Assembly: GCA_963754875.1 (NCBI GenBank)
Contig: CAVWHO010000010.1
Span: 273,327-337,326, forward strand
Direction: 5' to 3'
DNA from: Nitrospirota bacterium
Lineage (GTDB): Bacteria; Nitrospirota; UBA9217
Length of the DNA stretch: 64,000 nucleotides
The notes under the pieces are model-generated. The model searched no databases and was not told the origin of the DNA. It was given only the letters and a program-made list of their open reading frames with translations. Positions 20,550-29,611 of the stretch are shown here, piece by piece. Position numbers and translations under genes: made by a program. The stretch's first letter is position 1; each line of letters begins with the position of its first letter.

Positions 20550-21222
20550 GGGCGACGTCCGTGTTGATTATCCCATCACGGAGGGTGACGACCCGGTCGG
20601 CTTTTGCGGCGATTTCCTGGTTATGCGTGACCAGGACTAGGGTGGTCTTCCGTTCGCGGTGGAGCTCAAGAAGCAAATTCAGGACGGCCCTGCCATTTAC
20701 CGAGTCGAGGTTGCCAGTCGGCTCATCTGCAAAGATGATCCGCGGATCGTTGACCAGGGCGCGGCAGATGGCGCAGCGCTGCTTTTCGCCGCCCGACAGC
20801 TGATGGGGAAAACTGGCTGCACGTTCGATAAGTCCGACACGGGTGAGCAGGGCCTCCGCCTTCTCACGGGCGCGGAGATCTCTCCGCAGTTCAGCGGGGA
20901 ACATGACGTTTTCCAGGGTCGTCAGGGAGGGGACCAGGTGAAACGATTGGAAAACGAAACCAAAGGTGGTATTTCTGAGCGGAGCGAGCTCGTCTTCATG
21001 AAGATTGGTGATGTCCCTTCCTTCGATCAGGACACGGCCCTGGTCGGTCGTGTCAAGCCCCGAGAGAATCGACAGAAGTGTTGATTTCCCACTGCCGCTT
21101 TCACCTTCCACAACAAGAAATTCACCTCGGGCGACTGAAAGCGAAACATCGTCGAGAACCGTGATTCTCCGGTTGCCGATTGTGTAGGTCTTGGAAATAT
21201 TGTTCACTTCGAGGATAGACAT
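20542..21222 (-). CDS. YbbA-like ABC transporter ATP-binding protein
   Basis: GESGSGKST, LSGGEKQR, DEPTGNLD; start MSILEV behind GGAG. Confidence 0.93.
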   Translation of the reverse strand: MSILEVNNISKTYTIGNRRITVLDDVSLSVARGEFLVVEGESGSGKSTLLSILSGLDTTDQGRVLIEGRDITNLHEDELAPLRNTTFGFVFQSFHLVPSLTTLENVMFPAELRRDLRAREKAEALLTRVGLIERAASFPHQLSGGEKQRCAICRALVNDPRIIFADEPTGNLDSVNGRAVLNLLLELHRERKTTLVLVTHNQEIAAKADRVVTLRDGIINTDVAHA

Positions 21223-21470
21223 GAATGCTCCGTGTAGAGAAAAAGTGTCCGCGTTGGAAGGGCTCGGGTGTTCCTGCACCATTCTGGTAAATAGTAACAT
21301 CCCTGAAGAAGGTAGTCAATTCCCGGATATGAGCAGGCAGTACAACTCCACGGCAAATTACCGCTGCAATTGACTTCATAAGGGATTACAGGTAGAATAA
21401 AGACCGTAAAGACCATGAACAAACCATACTGAAATTTACCGGGAAAACCCTCTTCCGAACAGGTCCGCCA

Positions 21471-22160
21471 ATGAAAAAGGTACTGCTGACGAATGATATA
21501 AAAAAACTCTTTACCGACCAAGGCAACTTTCTTGATCGTTCGGACATTAAGGTATTAACTGCGGCCACGAACGCCGAGTTACTGAAGATCCACCGGGAGA
21601 AAAAGGTAGATCTCATTGTTACCCAGTTGGAGGCGCCGGGGATCAAGAGCGAAAAAGTCTTTGACATCATCAGAGAGAACGAGGAACTGCGAAAAGTTTC
21701 CGTCATTATAATCTGCAATGATACTCTCGCGCACCGTGAGCGCTGCAAGCTGTGCCGTCCTAATGCGGTTTTTAGCATACCTGTTGATTTGCCCTTACTT
21801 TTCATAAAAATGCAGCAACTTCTCGATATTGCGCCGAGAAAGCACTATCGGGCCGCTCTCGCAGTCGGTATCCAAGGCAAATTCAAGGACCGGCCGCTTC
21901 CGTTTTGGACAGAAAATATCAGTGCCAGCGGCATGCTGATCAAGGCCGAGGAGCCCCTGTCAAAAGGCGATGGGATTTTTTTCTCATTCTTTCTGCCTGA
22001 CGGGACGCATGTCAGCGGATATGGGGAAATTACCCGCGTCAATCTTCCAGGAACGGAAGAAGGTACTTATCTTGACGGGATCAAGTTTACCACCATAGAC
22101 CCGGGGATTCGGTCAGCTATAGAAGCTGTTGTAAAGAAGAAAATACGGACATTGTCCTGA
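21471..22160 (+). CDS. Receiver-like + PilZ domain protein
   Basis: CheY-like N-terminus; PilZ motifs RKHYR and NISASG. Confidence 0.85.
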   Translation: MKKVLLTNDIKKLFTDQGNFLDRSDIKVLTAATNAELLKIHREKKVDLIVTQLEAPGIKSEKVFDIIRENEELRKVSVIIICNDTLAHRERCKLCRPNAVFSIPVDLPLLFIKMQQLLDIAPRKHYRAALAVGIQGKFKDRPLPFWTENISASGMLIKAEEPLSKGDGIFFSFFLPDGTHVSGYGEITRVNLPGTEEGTYLDGIKFTTIDPGIRSAIEAVVKKKIRTLS

Positions 22161-22559
22161 TCCTGAGAGTGAAATCGGTTTACAAAGTTTGCTATTATCG
22201 GCAGAGAGGAGACTGGTGGGCAACTTTCTGCTGCCGATTGGGACCGAACGGTACGGGAGTTGCCCTCAAGAGATTATTAAGAAGTGCGATAGATTTTCTG
22301 AAATGGTTGATAATGCGTGAACAACAAGAAGTAAACCTGTTTTTGGTGTTGGCTGGAAATAGGGTAATGTGGCTGCCCTGCGGCACCTGATCATAAATAG
22401 GCGCAGGCATAAAAACAAGAGATAAAGCCTTGGGACTAAACTCAGGGCCTTTTTTATGCGCGTAAAATGTAAAAATTAACCAGATACTTAAGTAGGATTG
22501 TGAACACAATATTATGCAGTAGTCTTTGGAGTACCCAGCTTAGAAGCTGAATAAGAAGC

Positions 22560-22588
22560 TTGACAGATGTGACGTAAGAGATTATCCT
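22560..22588 (+). promoter_or_regulatory. Putative sigma70 promoter upstream of the methyltransferase
   Basis: TTGACA-17-TATCCT. Confidence 0.5.
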
Positions 22589-22987
22589 ATCCAAAAAATG
22601 AAACCAATTTTTATTGGATTCTATCTCGAATTTGCACCCTCCTTCCTAAGACAGATTTCATTGAACTGAATTTTATTTTAGCCTCGAAAACAGACGAATC
22701 GACTGACTGCGAGGCTGCTACAAAACAATGAAGTGCTTCGCAGGCATGCTAACCCGCTCCGCTTAGCATCGGGAAGAATATTTTACACGAGCATTTTTAT
22801 TCATGAGCAAATATTTGATCTGATGGCGTACCCGGCATCCGAACAGCTTGACTGCATCCCAGGTTGCCGAACCGAAATTCATCTGTTGACTGATGCAACA
22901 AGTAGCTCACGGCGGGAGGGAGGCACAGCATACTTAAAGCCCAGGGATAGTCGACGCCGGACAGAATAATTCACAAGGAGGATAATC

Positions 22988-24040
22988 ATGGAGAATCTAG
23001 GGACCTATCGAGGGGAAGAGGTTAAACGTGGCATCGGGTTTGTTGAGGAAAGAGCAAACCGGTATACCGCACTTCTTTACGCAAAAACAGAGCAATACCT
23101 CAAAGAGCTGAGAGATTTTGAAGTGAGATGTTCTCAGCCAGGGGCGGACGGGGAGAAACTGCTTGAAGAGATGACAGCCCTGAATGAGTCGATGCTGCAA
23201 GCCTGTGCACAATTTGAACATGACGTGAACGATACATTTATCATTAAATCAGCACAGGTCGATTTCCGGGAAAAAACAAATCCTATCCTGTCCAAAAGCT
23301 ATTGCATCAACCGGGCCAGGGTATGGCCTCAAGGTCATCAGGGAGATTACAATACCTTGGAAATTGCGTACAAGAATTCACCAATGTCCGACGGCATAGG
23401 ATATTACCTGGACAAGTACGCGTTCAAGACGACAATTGCAGTCGCCGTGAGAGAACGGATCGTGACCCTGCGGGAACTTCTGAGAAAAGAGCTTATCAAC
23501 AGGCGCGGGCAGAAAGTCCTCGACGTGGCCTGTGGTTCCTGCCGAGAGGTCTTCGAATTGGCACCCGAGATCAAAGCATCAGGTGCCAAGTTCACTTGTG
23601 TTGATTTGGACGCCGATGCCCTGGATTTCGCCCTTGATCGTTTCGCGCTTGCAGGCCTTTCGGAAGATTACGTGGAATTGCGCAAATACAACGCTCTCAG
23701 GATATTCGACTACGAGACAGCGGTCACGGAATTCGGAATGCAGGACATTATCTACAGCGTCGGCTATTTTGATTATCTCCCCGACGATTTCCTCGTGAGA
23801 TTGTTGAGTTCACTGTATAAGATGCTCACGCCTGGTGGAAAACTCATTGCAGCCTTCAAAGACGTCAATCGTTACCGTCCGCAATTTTACCACTGGATCG
23901 TCAATTGGGACGGGTTCCTGCAGCGCGCCGAGGCCGATTTCGAAAGATTGCTTCAAATCGCCAAAATCCCCGGCAGTGCTATATCGATGTCCCGCGTCGA
24001 TTCGGGGGCAGTTATCTTCTACTCTATCACGAAAGAGTGA
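22988..24040 (+). CDS. Class I SAM-dependent methyltransferase, PhcB-like
   Basis: VLDVACGS motif I, CVDLD, DIIYSVGYFDYL, LTPGG; N-terminal RARVWPQGHQGDY resembles the KPxGYAGDY motif I recall for PhcB-type proteins; AGGAGG RBS. Confidence 0.85.
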   Translation: MENLGTYRGEEVKRGIGFVEERANRYTALLYAKTEQYLKELRDFEVRCSQPGADGEKLLEEMTALNESMLQACAQFEHDVNDTFIIKSAQVDFREKTNPILSKSYCINRARVWPQGHQGDYNTLEIAYKNSPMSDGIGYYLDKYAFKTTIAVAVRERIVTLRELLRKELINRRGQKVLDVACGSCREVFELAPEIKASGAKFTCVDLDADALDFALDRFALAGLSEDYVELRKYNALRIFDYETAVTEFGMQDIIYSVGYFDYLPDDFLVRLLSSLYKMLTPGGKLIAAFKDVNRYRPQFYHWIVNWDGFLQRAEADFERLLQIAKIPGSAISMSRVDSGAVIFYSITKE

Positions 24041-24122
24041 TTTGCTGTGTGGTGGAAATACCTGATGGCACGATGAACGCAGGGAAGGGCATGCTCCCTT
24101 GAGCAAGCAGCAAGGTTTTGCC

Positions 24123-24151
24123 TTGTAAAGGCTGGGGAACCGTGTTATAAA
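24123..24151 (+). promoter_or_regulatory. sigma70 promoter with extended -10 for the fab/PKS operon
   Basis: TTGTAA-17-TATAAA with TGn directly before the -10. Confidence 0.55.
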
Positions 24152-24189
24152 TGTCACGTTAGACCATCCACTCATTTCGGGAGCAGGGC

Positions 24190-24942
24190 CTGAGACAGAA
24201 TTCGCTCTTTAATAGGGTCGCGCTCGTCACGGGCGGGACGAGGGGTATCGGCCGGGCCATAGTCCTTGCTGTCTGTGGCGAGGGTGCTGATTGCGCATTT
24301 ACGTTTACCAAAGACCATGCGGCAGCAGACTCCCTCGTTGAAGAAATCATTCGAATGGGCAGAAAGGCACTGCCCTTTCAACTTGATGCGCGGGATTTTG
24401 ACGGCGCTAAAACGCTCGTTGACGAGGTGAAGAAACAGTTCGGAAGGCTCGATATCCTCGTCAACAACGCGGGAATAACAAAGGACAAGTCCCTCATGAT
24501 GATGAACAAGGAGGACTGGTCCGAAGTAATAGACATTAATCTTACCGGCGTTTTTAACACTGCACGAGCCTGTATCATCACCTTTCTCAAACAAAAAAGC
24601 GGGAACATCGTGAACATGTCATCAGTCAGCGGCATACACCCGCTCCCCGGCCAGGTCAACTACGCGGCGGCAAAGGCAGGCGTGATCGGCTTTACCAAAT
24701 CGCTGGCCAAGGAAGTGGCTCCCTATAACATCAGGGTCAATGCCGTTGCTCCCGGCTTTATCAACACGGAGATGACGGCAACGCTCAGCGAAAAAAACAG
24801 GGAAAGATTTTTGAACATGATACCGCTCCACAGATTCGGGTCCTCCGATGAAGTGGCGAAGGCAGTACTTTTTTTGCTCAGTGACGAATCCCGGTACATA
24901 ACCGGGCAGGTACTGCAGCTCGATGGGGGGTTGGGGATTTAA
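24190..24942 (+). CDS. fabG: 3-oxoacyl-ACP reductase
   Basis: In-frame upstream extension supplies VALVTGGTRGIG; NNAGI, YAAAK, VNAVAPG; likely CTG start at 24190 behind GGGAG. Confidence 0.9.
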   Translation: MRQNSLFNRVALVTGGTRGIGRAIVLAVCGEGADCAFTFTKDHAAADSLVEEIIRMGRKALPFQLDARDFDGAKTLVDEVKKQFGRLDILVNNAGITKDKSLMMMNKEDWSEVIDINLTGVFNTARACIITFLKQKSGNIVNMSSVSGIHPLPGQVNYAAAKAGVIGFTKSLAKEVAPYNIRVNAVAPGFINTEMTATLSEKNRERFLNMIPLHRFGSSDEVAKAVLFLLSDESRYITGQVLQLDGGLGI

Positions 24943-24949
24943 TCCAGTA

Positions 24950-26182
24950 ATGAGCCGAAGAATAGTAATTACCGGCATCGGAGTTCTCTCGCCTATTGCG
25001 ATCGGCAGAGAAGCATACTGGGAAGGATTGCGCCAGGGCAAAACGGGATTTCGCCCGGTGACTCTCTTTGACACTGCACCTTTTCGTGTCCACCTCGCAG
25101 GAGAGGTCCCTGATTTTGATGCGGTTTCATTCCTCGGCAAGAAAGGCCTGCGGGACCTCGACAGGAGCACAAAATTGGTATGCTCTGCCGCCAAACTCGC
25201 CATAGAGGACAGTAACCTTGAGATAACCGAGGCGAGTACCCACACCACGGGGGTCACCATCGGAACGACGTTTGGGAGTCTCCACAGCATCTCACAGTTC
25301 GACCGCTCGGGCCTCATCGAAGGGCCGCGGTCAGTCAATCCCTCGCATTTCCCGAACACCGTGATTAACTCTCCTGCCAGCCAGGTGTCCATCCGGTTTA
25401 AGATAAAAGGGTTCAACACCACCATTTCAACGGGTTTCTGCGCCAGCCTCGACGCCGTCTCTTATGCCACGGACTTCATACGGCTAAACAGGGCCGACGT
25501 TGTCCTTGCCGGCGGGGTTGAAGAATTGTGCGAGGAAACCTTCATGGGATTTCATAACCTCGGTTATCTGTCGGGTGGAGACGGCTCGGAGCCCCGCTGT
25601 TGTCCCTTCGACGCCCGAAGGAACGGAACCATTTTGTCCGAAGGAGCGGCCATTCTGGTCCTAGAGGATGAGGAACATGCGGTGAAAAGAGGCGCGACAA
25701 TTCTCGCAAGCGTTCTGGGGTACGGCAATGCCTTTGATCCTTCGGCAGACAGCTCCTTCGATCATGCAGGACAAGGGTTAAAAAATGCCAGTACTCAAGC
25801 CTTGAAAGATTCCTCTCTCAATCCGAAAGACATAGACTATATCTGCGGCTGCTCCAATTCAACGAAGGGGCTGGACAGAATGGAGACAAGGACCATAAAG
25901 GAACTTTTCGGCGAACATGCCTTCAAAATACCTGTCAGTTCAATAAAGTCCATGGTTGGAGAATGCTATTCGGCTTCCGGCGCGCTATCGCTCGCTGCAG
26001 CAGTAGGCGCGCTCCGTAACGCATTCATCCCACCCACAGTAAATTATCATGAACGGGATCCTGAGTGCGATCTCGATTATGTCCCCGGCAAGGCACGGCA
26101 AAAGCAGATAGAGAATGTACTTGTAATTGCAGCAGACCCATACGGCCAGAATACCGCCATCGTACTAGGTCGACACGCCTAG
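24950..26182 (+). CDS. Ketosynthase-like protein lacking the catalytic triad (chain-length-factor-like)
   Basis: FabF fold (IVITGIG, PFDARRNG, SEGA) but STGFCAS / ICGCSNST / KSMVGEC in place of STAC / HGTGT / KSMLGH. Confidence 0.85.
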   Translation: MSRRIVITGIGVLSPIAIGREAYWEGLRQGKTGFRPVTLFDTAPFRVHLAGEVPDFDAVSFLGKKGLRDLDRSTKLVCSAAKLAIEDSNLEITEASTHTTGVTIGTTFGSLHSISQFDRSGLIEGPRSVNPSHFPNTVINSPASQVSIRFKIKGFNTTISTGFCASLDAVSYATDFIRLNRADVVLAGGVEELCEETFMGFHNLGYLSGGDGSEPRCCPFDARRNGTILSEGAAILVLEDEEHAVKRGATILASVLGYGNAFDPSADSSFDHAGQGLKNASTQALKDSSLNPKDIDYICGCSNSTKGLDRMETRTIKELFGEHAFKIPVSSIKSMVGECYSASGALSLAAAVGALRNAFIPPTVNYHERDPECDLDYVPGKARQKQIENVLVIAADPYGQNTAIVLGRHA

Positions 26183-26249
26183 CACGCAGTGCATGCAGCA
26201 AGAAGTCTGACTTTTTTTGCACTCTGCACATGCCGAGATCAGGTGAACG

Positions 26250-26690
26250 ATGCAGCTTGACTTTGAAGAGATACAGAAACTCATACCTCAGCGATTTCCC
26301 TTCATCATGGTCGACAGGGTCCTTGAGGTCGAACCGGGGAAACACGCAATTGCCGTGAAGAATATTTCAGGCAATGATATGGTTTTTCTCGGCCATTTTC
26401 CGGAAAAGGCCATCATGCCCGGCGCACTCATCCTCGAGGCAATGGCGCAGACCGCCATCATTCTATTTGCGACAGACAGAAAAAACGAGAACGCTGACAA
26501 AAAACCGCTGTATTACTTCGGGTCGGTCAAGGCGCGATTTCTCCACCCTGCGGTACCCGGTGACCAGTTAAAGATTAAGGTCGTAAATGTTAAATTCCTG
26601 CCGAATGGTGCCTATGTGTCGGGCGAGGCATTTGTCGACGATAAAAAAATAGCCGAGGCGGAATTGGTATTCAGCATAAAGAATGAATAA
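26250..26690 (+). CDS. fabZ: 3-hydroxyacyl-ACP dehydratase
   Basis: PQRFPFIMVDRV, FLGHFPEKAIMPGALILEAMAQ. Confidence 0.92.
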   Translation: MQLDFEEIQKLIPQRFPFIMVDRVLEVEPGKHAIAVKNISGNDMVFLGHFPEKAIMPGALILEAMAQTAIILFATDRKNENADKKPLYYFGSVKARFLHPAVPGDQLKIKVVNVKFLPNGAYVSGEAFVDDKKIAEAELVFSIKNE

Positions 26691-27900
26691 GAGAGTCGTC
26701 ATAACAGGCTTGGGAGTCATATCTTCCATTGGTATCGGCAAAGACGCATTCTGGGACAGTCTGCTTCAGGGAAAGTCCGGCATAAGCCCTGTTACTGCCT
26801 TTGATACGACAAGCCATTTTACCCATAATGGAGGTGAGATAAAAAATTTTCATCCTGAAGAGTTCATCCTGAAGAAGCGGTTAAAGTTTATGAACCGTGC
26901 TACGCAAATGGTATTGGCTTCAACAAAACTTGCTTTGGAAGATGCAACATTAACTCGTGAACAACTAGTGGGCTATCGGGTTGGAGTTTCTCAAGGAACA
27001 ACAATGGGTGCAATCCATGCGATAGAAGAAATTGATCAAAGGCTTGTTAAGTCTGAGACGGTAGATAGGGAATTATTATGTCAGTTGCCTACGCATACGG
27101 TACCCTCAGCAATTGCTCGTGAACTGTCATTGTATGGTCCTAATGTTATGTTTTCCACAGCGTGTGCTGCTGGCAATTATTCTATCGCTTACGCCTATGA
27201 TCTAATCAGACTGAATAGAGCAGATATGGCGATTGCTGGAGCGTCGGATCCGTTTTCCCGAATCGAATTTACGGGTTTCAACCAGTTTTCGGCGGTCGCT
27301 CCTGAGAAATGTCAGCCTTTTGATAAAAACAGGAAGGGTATGATCTTGGCTGAAGGGGCTGGCACGCTTATACTAGAATCTCTAGAAAACGCCTTAAATA
27401 GAAAAGCCAACATTTATGCTGAAATTGGAGGCTATGGCCTTAGTTGCGATGCTCATCATATGACAAATGCTTCTATCGAAGGAATTGCGGAGTGTATGCG
27501 AAAGGCATTACGGGAGGCAAAGATTTCCGTGGATCAAGTGGACTATATCAGCGCCCACGGTACGGGAACACGAGCAAATGATCGCGCAGAATGTGCGGCC
27601 ATTAAAGAGGTCTTTGGGACACGGTATAGAGGAATTCCTATTAGTTCCATCAAGTCTATGCTCGGCCATACCATGGGTGCAGCTTCTGCTTTAGAGGCAA
27701 TTGCTTGTGCCCTTGCCGTAACCAATAATGTAATACCTCCGACGATAAATTTTGAGACGATAGACCCTGAATGCGACATTGATTGTGTGCCGAATCAAGC
27801 AAGAAAACACACTGTTAATATAGCCTTAAATAATTCATATGCTTTTGGTGGCAATAATGCTTGCCTGGTCTTAAAAAAAATAGCGGCTAAGGAGGATTAA
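26683..27900 (+). CDS. Beta-ketoacyl-ACP synthase (FabF-like, catalytically intact)
   Basis: STACAAG, SAHGTGT, KSMLGHTMGA, NSYAFGG. Confidence 0.93.
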   Translation: MNKRVVITGLGVISSIGIGKDAFWDSLLQGKSGISPVTAFDTTSHFTHNGGEIKNFHPEEFILKKRLKFMNRATQMVLASTKLALEDATLTREQLVGYRVGVSQGTTMGAIHAIEEIDQRLVKSETVDRELLCQLPTHTVPSAIARELSLYGPNVMFSTACAAGNYSIAYAYDLIRLNRADMAIAGASDPFSRIEFTGFNQFSAVAPEKCQPFDKNRKGMILAEGAGTLILESLENALNRKANIYAEIGGYGLSCDAHHMTNASIEGIAECMRKALREAKISVDQVDYISAHGTGTRANDRAECAAIKEVFGTRYRGIPISSIKSMLGHTMGAASALEAIACALAVTNNVIPPTINFETIDPECDIDCVPNQARKHTVNIALNNSYAFGGNNACLVLKKIAAKED

Positions 27901-27908
27901 TTATAACA

Positions 27909-28148
27909 ATGCCAGAAAATGTGGAAAAAGAAATAGCTTCGATAATCTCAGAGGTATCAGGACTTGATCCAGAAGAGATCACACCTGAAAAAAATTTTTT
28001 TAAAGATCTTGAAATCGACTCTATAAAAGCTATCGAGATTACCGTGGCAATTGAGAAAAAATTTAAAATATCAGTAAGAGATGAAGACGTCCCTAAAATA
28101 ACAACCGTTAAAGAGGCCGTAGAACTCGTAAATAAATTAGTAAACTAG
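27909..28148 (+). CDS. Acyl carrier protein
   Basis: 79 aa, acidic; DLEIDSIKAIE with phosphopantetheine Ser; AGGAGG RBS. Confidence 0.93.
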   Translation: MPENVEKEIASIISEVSGLDPEEITPEKNFFKDLEIDSIKAIEITVAIEKKFKISVRDEDVPKITTVKEAVELVNKLVN

Positions 28149-28161
28149 GGAAGTATCTCGC

Positions 28162-29599
28162 ATGCTAAAGACTAATAAAGATGCTTATGATGCGGTGATC
28201 ATCGGGGCTGGAATCAGCGGCCTAGTATGTGCCTGCTACCTTGCAAAGGGTGGCATGAAAATTCTTCTCGTAGAACAACATCATAAAACGGGAGGGTACT
28301 GTACTTCCTTTAAAAGAAAAAATTATAATTTCGATGCCGCGGCCCATTCTTTTGGCAGCTACCGTGAGGGCGGCATAATGAGAAAGATTTTGAGAGACTT
28401 GGAGGTGGACAAGAAACTCGGCATCCGGCGATATGATCCTTCAGATATTATTCTTGCGCCTGGTTATAAAATCAGTTTCTGGGCTGACAATCGCAAAACA
28501 ATAAGTGAATTACAGGTGGCATTTCCTCATGAGGCTGCTGGAATAAGCAGTTTTTTTCATTTTTTACAGAGGTTCAGGTCCTTTTCAAATGGCGACCTTG
28601 CGAAACAAAACTTTCAAAGATCTTTTAGATCAGTATATTACAGACGACCGGTTAAAAGCGATTCTTTCGTTTCCCATATTAGGAAATGGTGGCTTGCCAT
28701 CGTCACTGATTTCAGCCTTTACGGCTACAATATTGTACACCGAGTTTTATCTTGATGGTGGATATTATCCTGAGGGTGGTATGCAAGCGTTACCGGATGC
28801 TCTTGCAACCAGGTTTAAGGAACTTGGTGGCGAGTTAAGGCTCTCATGCCCTGCAAAAAAAATTAAAGTTGAGTACAATAAAACTGTTAGTGTGGTTGTT
28901 GGCGATGGTGAAGTCGTATCTACCAGATACGTAATATCTTGTTGCGACGCACGACAAACGTTTTTGAAGCTTGTGTCTTCTACAGCCTTGAATAATGATT
29001 TTTCGCGTACCATTCGAAAATTGCAGCCTTCTCCATCGTTTTTTATTGCCTATCTCGGCACCGATGGCTCCCCCCTGCCTTCATTGGAGCCTGGAGCCAG
29101 TGTATGGGTCATGCCAGATTATAAGATTGAAGCATTGTATGGTTCGTATATTAAGAAGAACGCTGTTGATAGTGCATCGGCCTTTATGCTTCGCGTCCCT
29201 CCTGATAATAGAAGTCTGCAGGCGTTTATCATTGCGCCCTATAAGAGCAAGCAATATTGGCGCAATAATAAACGTGAAGTCCTGGAGAACTTTGTTGCGA
29301 GAATCGACAGAATTTTCCCGGGTTTGTCCCCTCATATTCAGTACCGGGAAGCGGCTACGCCTTACACACTATACCGATACACCTTAAACTATGAGGGTGC
29401 AGCGTATGGGTGGGCAAGTATGCCTTCGCAGTTGTTCAGTCGAGGTTTAATGCAGACGACGCCCATTGAAAATTTATACTTAGCTGGCCACTGGACTACG
29501 CAGACGCAGGGGATTTCCGGTGCAGCTTATATAGGGAATGAAACAGCAAAGTTGGTTCTTAAAAAAGCGAAATCCCAGAGGGTTGTCGTACCTGTTTAA
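28162..29599 (+). CDS. Phytoene desaturase (CrtI)-family FAD oxidoreductase, one frameshift near 28550-28590
   Basis: GAGISG dinucleotide motif and GGYCTSF in ORF 28162-28755; YPEGGMQ, ATPYT..RYT, NLYLAGHW in ORF 28589-29599; T7/T6 runs at the junction. Confidence 0.85.
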
Positions 29600-29611
29600 T
29601 ATAAGAACTTT

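Noticed and set aside
22169..22462. Possible island boundary (GCGGCACC plus hairpin with A/T tracts)
   Set aside because: Only an 8-bp match to the tRNA end, in inverted orientation; too weak. The short ORFs here have no recognisable motifs.
24190..28148. Housekeeping fab operon or canonical aryl-polyene cluster
   Set aside because: No plsX/fabH/fabD, one KS is catalytically dead, and there is no aryl-ACP ligase, glycosyltransferase, LolA or MMPL gene.
28162..29599. Carotenoid biosynthesis
   Set aside because: CrtI-like fold only; no phytoene synthase or prenyltransferase, and the context is acyl-ACP chemistry.
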